The notes under the pieces were generated by a model. It was not told the origin of the DNA. It saw only the letters and a list, made by a program, of their open reading frames with translations, and made no database searches. A stretch of DNA of 63,092 bases, counting the filler, from Tortispora ganteri (lineage: Eukaryota), in the NCBI GenBank assembly GCA_003707115.1. It is 27 parts of 27 records of this genome, joined end to end, with 100 filler letters (N's around TTAATTAATTAA, not from the genome) between each part and the next. Parts side by side here need not be neighbours in the genome. Positions count along the whole stretch, not along the records: positions 33,058 to 35,266 come from PPNB01000135.1; positions 35,367 to 37,552 come from PPNB01000136.1; positions 37,653 to 39,837 come from PPNB01000137.1; positions 39,938 to 42,097 come from PPNB01000138.1; positions 42,198 to 44,303 come from PPNB01000139.1; 22 more parts are not named here. One strand, written 5' to 3'. Numbering within the stretch: position 1 is the first letter of the stretch; each line of letters starts with the position of its first letter. Shown here piece by piece: positions 33,058 through 44,403 of the stretch. The position numbers were made by a program, and so were the translations under genes.

Positions 33058-34572
33058 ATTCCTGTTGCGGGCTTTGGATCGGCGGGTCAATTCAAGCGTC
33101 AGTCTGGAGTCTTTGTGACCGTGAGTGTGATGTTCACTAGCATCAGTGGCGAGACAATAGCTATTTCAGTATATGGTTCTGCAAGTGGATCACCTGAGCC
33201 AGTTGAGCCTAGTTCTAGTCTGAGTTCTAGTTTGAGTTCTAGCTTTAGTTCTAGTTTGAGTTCTAGTTCTAGTTTGAGTTCTAGTTCTAGTTTGAGTTCT
33301 AGTTTGAGTTCTAGTTTGAGTTCTAGTTTGAGCTCTAGTTTGAGTTCTAGTTCTAGTTTGAGTTCTAGTTTGAGTTCTAGTTTGAGTTCTAGTTCTAGTT
33401 TGAGTTCTAGTTTGAGTTCTAGTTTGAGTTCTAGTTTGAGTTCTAGTTCTAGTTCTAGTTCTAGTTCTAGTTCTAGTTCTAGTTCTAGTTTGAGTTCTAG
33501 TTCTAGTTTGAGTTCTAGTTTGAGTTCTAGTTTGAGTTCTAGTTCTAGTTCTAGTTCTAGTTCTAGTTTGAGTTCTAGTTCTAGTTTGAGTTCTAGTTTG
33601 AGTTCTAGTTTGAGTTCTAGTTTGAGCTCTAGTTTGAGTTCTAGTTCTAGTTTGAGTTCTAGTTTGAGTTCTAGTTCTAGTTCTAGTTCTAGTTCTAGTT
33701 CTAGTTCTAGTTCTAGTTCTAGTTCTAGTTCTAGTTCTAGTTCTAGTTCTAGTTCTAGTTTGAGTTCTAGTTTGAGTTCTAGTTTGAGTTCTAGTTTGAG
33801 CTCTAGTTTGAGTTCTAGTTCTAGTTTGAGTTCTAGTTTGAGTTCTAGTTCTAGTTTGAGTTCTAGTTCTAGTTTGAGTTCTAGTTTGAGTTCTAGTTTG
33901 AGTTCTAGTTTGAGCTCTAGTTTGAGTTCTAGTTCTAGTTTGAGTTCTAGTTTGAGTTCTAGTTCTAGTTCTAGTTCTAGTTCTAGTTCTAGTTCTAGTT
34001 CTAGTTTGAGCTCTAGTTTGAGTTCTAGTTTGAGTTCCAGTCCCAGTTCGAGCGTATCCAGCTCAGCTCAGTGGAGTTCTAGCGCCTCGAGTAGCAGCAG
34101 CTGTGGAGTAGTGTCAAACGCTTGCCTGTGCGCACCGTCGCAAACGCTGCTGGCGCGAGAGTGGGCGGTGGATCTTACACAGTACAATGGAACGGAGGTA
34201 GCCGATGGGAAGTACCGGGTGGGGAATTCCAGAGAGGTTATGGTGAGAATTTCTGGGCCTTATATAAATATCCGCTACAATAATCCGAATGAAGTGACAG
34301 AGGTGCTGGTATATGTTCAGGGACCGAACCGGATAATCTATGTCTTGGGGCTCCCTAACTACTTGGCGTATATGTTTGTTGGGGAAAGTGGGATGAAGTG
34401 CGGGGACATAGAGGCAATCGGAAGTGGTGGATGGAATCTCGTGCACCCATTGAACTCAGGGTCCGTTTGGTTTATTGATCAGCCATTGTCGGAGGGGTGG
34501 ACGCCGATGCGATTTGTGTTCTACAGTGGATCCCAGGGCGGGATTGACATTTATTTCAACTCTAATGTCTAG
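33058..34572 (+). CDS. Subfamily A copy 2 (5' truncated)
   Basis: End of domain 1 (GQFKRQ), long (AGTTCT)n stalk and variable domain 2; the 3' flank is homologous to 5419-5947. Confidence 0.78.
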   Translation: MPVAGFGSAGQFKRQSGVFVTVSVMFTSISGETIAISVYGSASGSPEPVEPSSSLSSSLSSSFSSSLSSSSSLSSSSSLSSSLSSSLSSSLSSSLSSSSSLSSSLSSSLSSSSSLSSSLSSSLSSSLSSSSSSSSSSSSSSSSSLSSSSSLSSSLSSSLSSSSSSSSSSSLSSSSSLSSSLSSSLSSSLSSSLSSSSSLSSSLSSSSSSSSSSSSSSSSSSSSSSSSSSSSSSSLSSSLSSSLSSSLSSSLSSSSSLSSSLSSSSSLSSSSSLSSSLSSSLSSSLSSSLSSSSSLSSSLSSSSSSSSSSSSSSSSSLSSSLSSSLSSSPSSSVSSSAQWSSSASSSSSCGVVSNACLCAPSQTLLAREWAVDLTQYNGTEVADGKYRVGNSREVMVRISGPYINIRYNNPNEVTEVLVYVQGPNRIIYVLGLPNYLAYMFVGESGMKCGDIEAIGSGGWNLVHPLNSGSVWFIDQPLSEGWTPMRFVFYSGSQGGIDIYFNSNV

Positions 34573-34749
34573 TTTATATTTGTAGTTATAAATTGATCGT
34601 TTCAAGGAGTGTGGGGACGAGAGTAGAGAGAGAGAAAAAAAATTGAAGGGGAAAGGAGACTAATCTCGGCGATAGCGGAGATTAGATGAGTAAGATAGAG
34701 TTTAAGGAATTTCCTGATTGGGACAGTCCGAAATGGGAATAATCATAAG

Positions 34750-34822
34750 CACGTGACTCCCCAAAAGGGAAATAAGCACTAGTCACGTGACGCCCCGAAA
34801 TGCAAATTCAATATATATAAAA
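34750..34822 (+). promoter_or_regulatory. Paired E-boxes (GCACGTGAC, GTCACGTGAC) and TATA box
   Basis: CACGTG sites at about 34751 and 34784, TATATAAAA at about 34814. Equivalent motifs lie at 5750-5790 (one E-box) and 37660-37735. GTCACGTGA is the known Cbf1-type site. Confidence 0.5.
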
Positions 34823-35366
34823 CCCCCGCCACCCTTACTTAGATATCGAGTCCATGATAGCGCTAAACAATAACATGGATGGATTCATCTCGTCTGTGTC
34901 TCTTGACTATCAAGTGACAAATTTTAGCCATCTTGGGGCATTTGACATGGAAACCTCTTGATGTCGCTATTATTAAAACAAGGCGCAGCGCTGGAGCTAT
35001 AAAAGTACAGGAATGACAACAAAATCACGTCAACTTATAACCTTAGCGAAATTCGAAAAGCTCGTTTCGGGTGCTACTGAATCACTATAAAATATTGATG
35101 TTTATCGTCATATAAAGCTTTACAATGAATTAACGTCGTTTAGTGGTCTTGAAGGTAGTAATAAACCGAATAAGCATAGTAGCCATGCACAGTTTTTGAG
35201 GCTCTATAGTCATGCATGGTTTTTATGCAATTCGGATATTTACCCTTTTGTGGAAACAACGGCCGANNNNNNNNNNNNNNNNNNNNNNNNNNNNNNNNNN
35301 NNNNNNNNNNTTAATTAATTAANNNNNNNNNNNNNNNNNNNNNNNNNNNNNNNNNNNNNNNNNNNN

Positions 35367-35700
35367 AGACTTTAAGCGATTTCAAGTTTCCGAGATTCGA
35401 CGGTAATGTTTTGATGCGATTAAAACTGATATCAAGAATTTGAAGCTTTAACTCACAAAGAACTGGCGGAAAATTTGAGAATTTGTTACCTCTTAAGTCG
35501 AGACGTGAGAGCGGCAATGTAGACAGAAATTGGGGCAAGCGTTCAAGCAGGTTTCCTTGTAATTCTAGACGCGTTATTTGCGGTATTTGTGCAAGTTCTA
35601 CAGGCAGATCTTTTAAATCAAGACCCGAAAGACGCATTTCTGAAAGTTTATATCGTTTTTGCAATTCAGAAAGCGTTAAACGCTCATCATTTTGCGTCAT
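35367..35700 (-). CDS. Leucine-rich-repeat protein N-terminus (Sog2-like), truncated
   Basis: Tandem LxxLxLxxNxL/F..LP repeats (LELQGNLLERLP, LDLRGNKFSNFP, LDISFNRIKTLP). Confidence 0.75.
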
Positions 35701-35789
35701 TGTTATCGGAAGTGATGATTTTCTTTAAACCGCCCCCACCCGTTTAGGTGTTACTACCTCTATTTCTCTACCTACCACTACAATCCATA

Positions 35790-37552
35790 ATGTCGACTGT
35801 TATCGAGATTAATTCAGATGACGATTATTCGACGTCTACAAGTATTGATATTATTGAAATTAATGATTCTTCCGTTGAGAAGGCAGAACCGTTGACTAGT
35901 AAACAATCAAAACTGCCGATCATTGATAGCTCGCATTTCTATGGGCCCTATAAACGTCGCTTCAGTTTCAGTGCCAGCGAAAATATTAGTATAGACGATT
36001 TGGAGAACTCTTCTTTTAAATTGCGTCGTTCAATTACAGATCGCAACTCTATAGTGCCAAACACGCCTTCTTCTTCGCGATCAAACCAATCAACACCATT
36101 ACAAAGAACCACAAGTTCTCCGCTACCCTCTACAACTCAAAAATCACGTCCATTTCTTGAAGATTCACTATCCAGTCTATTCTCTTCACCTTCGTCTGTA
36201 GAAAATGATAGGTTCACACACAACGCGATACGCTCTTTCCCTGATTTGACTACCGCGCCGCCTATCATGGACTATAGGTCTCTGTCAGTACGCACACCAC
36301 CATCCAAAAAAATTGATTCAATGGTTGATCAGCTTCTCAGGGAAGCACATAAATCTGCTAAAAAGAAAGCAAAAGTAGCAAAATTGGCTTCTAAATCAAC
36401 TGAACCCTCTGTTCGTCCAACACGTTCTTCTGTTGATCTCAACAAAATCAGTTCAACGCCTACTCGTAATGGCAAGAAATCTATTGTATCAGCAAACTCT
36501 TCTCTTAATGCATGTCAAATGCCTCAAATTCAAAACATATCGATGGCTCAGCCTGCAGAACCCAATACCGCTCCTATCGCTCCGCGGATCATCAAAAAGT
36601 CAAAAACCAAAGATTCTTCTTCTACTGATCGAGAATATACTGCACGTATGTCTGAACTCAATAAAGCTAACCCTACAAAGAAAGATTTTGCCAAAGAGAT
36701 GATTGTAGAGTTTGAAGCATCGTTTCAAAACTCAGAATTGTTTCGCAACTTGTCAGAGATTCTCACACCGCTCGGCGCCGAAGTCAGAATCGGTTCCTGG
36801 ACACAACCCACTTCCTGTATAAAATGGTTCAGAGCTTTTGAAGGGGAATATAACCCTGATAAGGACCTTTATGTTCCCGGTCCAAAGAAAATCATCCAAG
36901 AGCCGCTCATCTTGCGCATAATTTCTGGCGAAGACTTCATCGATCTAGTGAAATCCAACCAGATCGCTGCTTACCTTCGCAAGTTTTCAGAAGAATTTAA
37001 AGGCTATACAATTACAATTCTGACAGTCGCGTTGAATAAAGCATGCAGAGCTGAACGCGCAGCTGTAGAGCGTGCTATCAGGAACCAGGTTAACAGAACA
37101 ATTAATGGCAACACCTCTACAGACACTCTTAGCACTCAAGTGCACTTCGATGAACGGTCGATCACAGATAGCATAATTGAAAGTATTATCAGTTATGATA
37201 CACATTTCATACAAGTCAATAATCAGGACGAAGCTGCCGAAACTCTCTCGAGTTTCACGCAAGACATAGGGTACTTGCGTTACGTCAGAAATTTAACAGA
37301 TCTAAAAGCAGATTTTGAAAGCTCTTCTTTGCAGATCCGATCTGCTCAAACAAGCGAAGAAAGTTTGTCGACTATGCTAAAAGAAATTCGCCGTATGACT
37401 CCGAATATTGCAGCTTCTTTATCGGAATCTTTCTCGCATTCTGTGATTTCTTTGCATTCTGAATGCATTAAAAAAGGTGCAGATTTATTGACAAACATGA
37501 TGGGACCAAATGATAGAAGGATTGGCACTAGCCTGTCAGCGTCTGTCCACAA
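35790..37552 (+). CDS. EME1: Crossover junction endonuclease subunit Eme1/Mms4 (3' truncated)
   Basis: Disordered Ser-rich N-terminus, then KEMIV, IKW.R....YN...D.YVP.P..I..E..IL..I..EDF.DLV, ML.EI.RMT..IA and RRIG.SLS, typical of the Eme1 ERCC4/HhH region. ATG at 35790. Confidence 0.75.
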
Positions 37553-37899
37553 NNNNNNNNNNNNNNNNNNNNNNNNNNNNNNNNNNNNNNNNNNNNTTAA
37601 TTAATTAANNNNNNNNNNNNNNNNNNNNNNNNNNNNNNNNNNNNNNNNNNNNGCGGGGGTTTTATATATACTGTATTACCATTTCGGGACATCACGTGAC
37701 TTGTGCTTACTTCCCTTTCGGGAAGTCACGTGCTTGTGTATATTCCCGTCTTGTTTTGTCCCAATCGGGAAATTTCTTAAACTCTATCTTGCCCATCTAA
37801 TCTCCGCTATCGCCGAGATTAGTCTCCATTCCCCTTCAATTCTCTCTACTCCCGTCCCCGCACTCCTTGAAACAATCAATTTATAACTACAAATATAAA

Positions 37900-39795
37900 C
37901 TAGAGAGGAAACTCGAAATGAATGTCAATCAAGCTCCGGGATCCACTGTAGAACACAAATCGCAATGGCGTCCACCCCTCCGACAATAACTCATTAATAC
38001 GCCACTCGGATAGTGCACCGTGAGGGCGCACCACTTTCCATCCACCGCTTCCGATTGCCTCTATGTCCCCGCATCTCATCCCGCTTTCCCCAGCAAACAT
38101 ATACCCCCAGTAGAAGGAACGGTACTTCACATAGACATAGCTAATCACGTTCGGTCCTTGAACATATACCAGCACCTCTGCCCCTGCATTCGGATTATTG
38201 TAGGCGATATGTACACTAGCCGTACTAAAACCGACGATAACCTCTCTGGAATTCCCCACCCGGTACTTCCCATCGGCTACCTCCGTTTCATTGTACTGCC
38301 AAAGATCCACCGCCCACCTTCTTGCCAGCAGCCTCTGTGAAGGTTCGCACTTGCAAGCGTTTGACACCACTCCACAGCTGCTGCTACTCGAGGCGCTAGA
38401 GCTCCACTGAGCTGAGCTGGATACGCTCGAACTGACACTCGAACTGGGACTTGAACTTGAACTCAAACTAGAACTCAAACTAGAACTAGAACTAGAACTC
38501 AAACTAGAACTCAAACTAGAGCTCAAACTAGAGCTCAAACTAGAACTCAAACTAGAACTAGAACTAGAACTCAAACTAGAACTCAGACTAGAACTGGAAC
38601 TCAAACTCGAACTCAGACTAGAACTGGAAATCAAACTAGACCTAGACCTAGAACTCAAACTCAAACTAGGACTAGAACTCAAACTAGAACTCAAACTAGA
38701 ACTCAAACTAGAACTCAAACTCAAACTAGGACTAGAACTAGAACTCAAACTAGGACTAGAACTAGAACTCAAACTAGAACTAGGATCAACTGGCTCAGGT
38801 GATCCACTTGCAGAACCATATACCGAAATAGTTATTGTCTCGCCACTGATGCTAGTGAACATCACACTCACCGTCACAAAGACTCCAGACTGACGCTTGA
38901 ATTGACCCGCCGATCCAAAGCCCGCAACAGGAATCACTATACGGATTGGGAACAAATATCCACCGTCAAAGTCCACCGGAAAACTTGCTTTGAACCCATT
39001 CGAACTGTCCAGAGTGGCAGTCCCAGAAGTCCCAGAAGTACCAATAAGCTCCATGTTATCGCACCGCATGGCCATTTCACCCTCGTACACGTACGCATAA
39101 GTATCTGCAAAGTTACTAGCATCCTTTGCCTGTATATCTACAAACCCAACGTCGCCTGATGGTTCAACGTAAAACAAGTACTCAAAATAGCCCTGTTCCG
39201 ATACTGATGCCAATATAGAGTTTGACGAAACTCTCCCAGTCACATTGTCTCGTTGGTAGTTCCTGTACTCACCGTTCTGGATATCGCTCGACAACAAGTC
39301 TACCGCACCCTCGAATATAGCGGCAAATACTTCACCTGCCCTGTAGGCAGGTCTGGTTGAGCATGCGTCTGCAGGCACTGTCGTGTGGGCTGTCGTTGGA
39401 ACAGTTACTGTAGCTGTGGTGGGTGGCGTAGCGGGGTGCGTAGGCGGACGCGGAGGTACTATAGTCTCCGTGATAATAACTGGAATCTCAATAGAAACGT
39501 GCTCGTCAACCGACACCGACATGGACACGGACTCGTAGTATGACCAGACGTAGGTGCAGTCGTCTTTGACGAGCGGCGGACTAGGTACATAGGTCACCGT
39601 AGCGGGTGTGCACTGGTTGCAGTACCAGCCTGAAACTGTAGACACATGAGGCGCGCATTGATCATCGTAGACGATCGCACGTGTAGCACCAGACTCAGAA
39701 GTGTACAACCGCCCATAGACAGTGGAAGTTTCAATAGGTGGGCTGCAAATGAGCGTGTTCGTTTCTACAATAGTACTGTATATTGTCTGCACCAT
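37900..39795 (-). CDS. Subfamily A copy 3 (apparently complete ORF)
   Basis: ATG at 39795 (MVQTIYSTIVETNTLICSPP) preceded by an in-frame TGA; two PA14/GLEYA-like domains separated by a Ser stalk. Confidence 0.8.
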   Translation of the reverse strand: MVQTIYSTIVETNTLICSPPIETSTVYGRLYTSESGATRAIVYDDQCAPHVSTVSGWYCNQCTPATVTYVPSPPLVKDDCTYVWSYYESVSMSVSVDEHVSIEIPVIITETIVPPRPPTHPATPPTTATVTVPTTAHTTVPADACSTRPAYRAGEVFAAIFEGAVDLLSSDIQNGEYRNYQRDNVTGRVSSNSILASVSEQGYFEYLFYVEPSGDVGFVDIQAKDASNFADTYAYVYEGEMAMRCDNMELIGTSGTSGTATLDSSNGFKASFPVDFDGGYLFPIRIVIPVAGFGSAGQFKRQSGVFVTVSVMFTSISGETITISVYGSASGSPEPVDPSSSLSSSSSPSLSSSSSPSLSLSSSLSSSLSSSLSSSPSLSLSSRSRSSLISSSSLSSSLSSSSSLSSSLSSSSSSSLSSSLSSSLSSSLSSSLSSSSSSSLSSSLSSSSSPSSSVSSSVSSSAQWSSSASSSSSCGVVSNACKCEPSQRLLARRWAVDLWQYNETEVADGKYRVGNSREVIVGFSTASVHIAYNNPNAGAEVLVYVQGPNVISYVYVKYRSFYWGYMFAGESGMRCGDIEAIGSGGWKVVRPHGALSEWRINELLSEGWTPLRFVFYSGSRSLIDIHFEFPL

Positions 39796-40850
39796 CGCGA
39801 GCAACTGGCGTCAAAAATCTGCGCCTCGCCCTTATTANNNNNNNNNNNNNNNNNNNNNNNNNNNNNNNNNNNNNNNNNNNNTTAATTAATTAANNNNNNN
39901 NNNNNNNNNNNNNNNNNNNNNNNNNNNNNNNNNNNNNAAAAGTAATTCTCCGTGTAAATCGCTCTATCCGAGATGCATTACGGTTTCTTACAGCACCTCA
40001 CTGATTTCTATGACAGCCGTACCACAAAGTCGATGCCCAGGAGGTCTAGTCTGGTATTCATTCCCCTTGCCAACAACCATGGCACTTTTGGATAAGTTTG
40101 ATATTCTTGTAATACTGTCCAAAACAGTCGTGAATACCGTCGAAAAGCAATCGAAGCTGTGAGTATTTATGTTCCTACTATTTGAATAAAGCTTATTTTG
40201 TGATGTTGCACGTTAACCTGCAATGAAGATGCAATTCTAATTTCTGCACTGCTTGCCGATCCTGAAGGCATACATCGTTGATTTTGTTGATTCGGTTCCA
40301 ATGCCGGCGAAACGGCATTCACCAACGTGAAAATAGTTTCAAACTACTAGTATCACTGATCGGTTTTATTTGGTGGCAATAAAATTACTTGAAACACATT
40401 ATTATTTGTGTTTATAGCACTTTAAAGCTGCGCATCTTTTCGCCTACTGAGCACCTAGCACTTTACGTTGAGAGCATGCAGTGAGACAAAGCAGAAGATA
40501 TTATAGATCTTCAGGCTACGCCAAATGGAGTATTGCGAATACTTTAGCCGAAGACATTAATTTTATGCTATAACTACTGTATCTTCAGTGCGCAGTGAAA
40601 CCATACAGTATTACAGAGATATATTGCTATAATGGTTGACGATCGTTAGCGATTAAGGTTTTGAGCCGAGGCAATATATCCCGATTAGGCAGTATAAACC
40701 TTATATTAGCCAATCAATTAGCTGCACAGTTTATTCAAAAAATTAGAGTTTGAAACAATATGGACCAATCAGAAGGCCTAATTCTATATCCAGGTTAGGG
40801 TAACGAATCAGCCAATAAGAAGCTTTCTTTCACAATTAAGGTTTGGTTTG

Positions 40851-41440
40851 GATCGACCAATAAGAGACAATCGATCCGATCGAAGGTTAAGCTTTTAGAT
40901 CGACCAATAAGAGGCAATCGATCCGATCGAAGGTTAAGCTTTTAGATCGACCAATAAGAGGCAATCAATCCGATCGAAGGTTAAGCTTTTAGATCGACCA
41001 ATAAGAGGCAATCAATCCGATCGAAAGTTAAGCTTTTGGATCGACCAATAAGAGGTGATCGATCCGATCGAAGGTTAAGCTTTTAAATCGACCAATCAGA
41101 AGCGATCGATCCGATCGAAGGTTAAAGTTTTAGATCGAAGGTTAAGCTTTTAAATCGACCAATAAGAGGCGATCGATCCGATCGAAGGTTAAAGTTTTAG
41201 ATCGAAGGTTAAGCTTTTAAATCGACCAATCAGAAGCGATCGATCCGATCGAAGGTTAAAGTTTTAGATCGAAGGTTAAGCTTTTAAATCGACCAATAAG
41301 AGGCGATCGCTCCGATCGAAGGTTAAAGTTTTAGATCGAAGGTTAAGCTTTTAAATCGACCAATAAGAGGCGATCGATCCGATCGAAGGTTAAAGTTTTA
41401 GATCGAAGGTTAAGCTTTTAGATCGACCAATCAGAAGCCA
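40851..41440. repeat. Tandem array: 47-bp units followed by 67-bp units (47 + 20-bp duplication)
   Basis: Reverse complement of the 20846 unit; GATCGAAGGTTAAAG recurs at 41113, 41180 and onward with period 67. Confidence 0.95.
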
Positions 41441-42197
41441 CGGTACAAAATAAGGTTAAAGTTTGAAACTGACCAATCAGAAGCCATAATTCACAAATAA
41501 GGTTAAAGTTTACGGGTAACCAATCAGAAGCCTCGAAAATCAGGTTAGGGTTTCCCGTTTTCTCGGGAAGGGTTCAGGGTTATTTTGGCCTTTCAGTGAT
41601 TTTGTGCAACTTTAAATCAGGGTATAGGGTATATCACCTGATATATAGCCAATAGGATGCATGGCTCGACATCTTTCTTCAGTCCTAAAAAACTTTATTC
41701 AAGGGTATAGGTGTTTGCACGTGATATTTATAGCCAATAGGGGGCGCTGTTTGCTCTCCTTCACTAGGCTTACTCCACCTCTCGTCGACGACCGTATACA
41801 TTGAGCAACGCACGCGAACAACTTACACAGGATGCGCTCAATCGAAGGTTAACAGCGTCCAGGAATAATAAAATTAGCCATTGGGCTCCTGAGACAACAG
41901 CCTGTGGTGTCAAGCCATCGATCGCGTGTACATGCATGCCAGTGCTATCATAGTGCAACCGGCCAGAATCTCAGAGATTCATCAGAAGCCAACCGACAAG
42001 ACCATCGACGGTCAAATAGTACAGGAATTGCTACAAGGCCCGCTAGGAAGTGCATTTCCCTATCCTCAAGACTAGAAAGCAATGTAGTTTCTTTGCCNNN
42101 NNNNNNNNNNNNNNNNNNNNNNNNNNNNNNNNNNNNNNNNNTTAATTAATTAANNNNNNNNNNNNNNNNNNNNNNNNNNNNNNNNNNNNNNNNNNNN

Positions 42198-43393
42198 ACA
42201 ATTGTCAACCGGCAGTAGTAACTTATGTGCCTAAACCGCCTCTTGTAAGTGACTCGCATACTTACATCTGGAGTTATTACGAAGAGATCGGATTCTCCGT
42301 TTCAGTTGATCTAAGCATTAGCGTTGAAGTCCCGGTCGTGACCACAGTTGTCACTACAGTATTTCCTTCTACAGAATCCAGTGGCGATGTCAACCCCATA
42401 TACCGTTCCACCAATGTATTCTCGTCACAGACAACGAATAGTTTGAAGTCTGGTGAATCGACCACAAACTCTCATCGTACTAACTCTGTGCTTCCGATCT
42501 CAAGAACTACTTCTGACAGTTCTCTGCTACCAGAATTCTCTTCAGAAACTGCTGACGCGTCCTCTGAGTCTCCATCGCCTACTTCATTGTTTTTCTCGAA
42601 TTTTTCGACCGTTTCTGTGCTTCCACTGTCAAGGACATCCGAGAATGTGAACTATAGTACATTTTCACTTATTTTTTCTTCTTCCTCTTCTTCTTCTTCC
42701 TCTTCCTCTTCTTCATCTTCCTCCTCTTCTTCCTCTTCTTCCTTCTCTTCCTCCTCTTCTTCTGAATGTCCTACACAAGTGCCTGCTTCAGCTTGCTGCT
42801 CTATTGATTACCCATCTAATGAAGCGTACCTTGCCGTGTATCCTACAATTGCTGAAGATTGGAATCCTGAATACATCGCTGCCGGCATGTATAGACTGGA
42901 ATCTCGAAGTCAGGAGAATGTTAGTATACATAACACAGAACTTCGGTTTCCCGATTTCGGCATACCGACGAAGTGGGTTTTATATGAACTTTTAGCATAT
43001 ATTCATCCACTTGAATCCGTGGATGCGATCGAAGCTACTGTTGAGTTTACTTCCAACGTCGGTTATGCAGTCCATACGGTAATCAATTCATTCGGCTTTC
43101 TAGGAAATGCAGCTATGAACTGCAATAATATCAGTGAAATAGGAAATAATACAATTGGTCATTATGTTTCAGATTCACTTATAGTTGATCCAGGGGCACT
43201 AGTGAAGTACCCATTCTTGCTGGAGCTTAGTCTACAGCCGAATAGTTGGTATCCCTTTCGTTTTGTTTATCTTAGTAGAGCAACTACATCCGGTCTAGAG
43301 AGTTCTATTAGACTGGATTTTTCGACAACTATCAATGTCAAAGGTGCCAAAAGCATTGATTCACTCTATCCTTTTCCTACCAGTTTACCTTGA
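42198..43393 (+). CDS. Subfamily C adhesin-like gene, allele 1 (5' truncated)
   Basis: PKPPLVSDSHTYIWSYYE module end, Ser tract, C-terminal domain (AGMYR, YELLAYI, GFLGNAAMNC..I..IG, WYPFRFV). Confidence 0.75.
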
Positions 43394-43692
43394 AATACAC
43401 AAAGTTAGTCTACGTCTTTTTTAACTTTCATCTGTACTAACGACGCGAATATCTCTCTTCACTTCAATACGCTTTTTTTTTCATGTCATATAACACTAAT
43501 ATTGTTTAGTGTATGTCATTATATTCAGATGCATGATGCTAATGCTAGCATCTTTTGCGCATTCACAGCAGCAAACCTTGCAGTGTCTAGGTTCGGGGCA
43601 TCTGAACGAGGAGCTCCCCAACTCTGTTTTTGGCTTTCTTAGTAACTACGCAATTGCTCAGACTATATATGATAGAGTTATATTCTTATACC

Positions 43693-44173
43693 TGTTGGAA
43701 TACCTGGATTAGGGTAGAGTAGGTTTAGGGTTTTGAGCGTAATGAGAGAAATTACCTATAAGTACGTGGATTATTAAGAAGAGGGAAACCTTGACTTGCA
43801 GTGAGTCTGGGATAAAAATCTCTTGATCGTACGTTGTTTGGATAACGTAAGATGAGTTAATGAGGCAGATAATATGTCTAAATCTGCTGAGAAGTGATTC
43901 TCGTGTCTCTAGACTTTCTGATGACTATGTCTCAGTGTCTTCGTCTGACCTGATCAGGGACAATTGGACGTTCATTTATAATTTAGTTGACTTGTGGTCT
44001 AGACCATCATAAGTGTTTCGAGTAAACATTATGGGGTCCTTTGTATTTGATATGGGAGAGACAAGACGAATGCTGTTTAGGAGCAGGGTTCTTACTTTAG
44101 AAAGTTGGGTGAAAGAATATTAGTACTAGATTTACGGCTTGAGAACTTGTGCCCTTTACAATCTTCTTCAACA
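43693..44173 (-). mobile_element. Solo LTR (481 bp) of the copia family
   Basis: TGTTG...CAACA termini flanked by 5-bp TSD ATACC (43688-43692 and 44174-44178); similar to the LTR parts at 18037-18234 and 48798-48995. Confidence 0.93.
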
Positions 44174-44403
44174 ATACCTCAAACTCTATGCAGTCTATTT
44201 TACCAGCCTCAAAAGTCTGCACATGGGATTTTTACAGAATAACTTTAATTACCTACCTGGAAGTTGTTCTGGGTAATCTTGGTCAATAATTGGCTTTAGC
44301 GTTNNNNNNNNNNNNNNNNNNNNNNNNNNNNNNNNNNNNNNNNNNNNTTAATTAATTAANNNNNNNNNNNNNNNNNNNNNNNNNNNNNNNNNNNNNNNNN
44401 NNN

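Noticed and set aside
40793..40801. GGTTAGGG as a telomere
   Set aside because: Isolated single motifs, not a terminal tandem tract.
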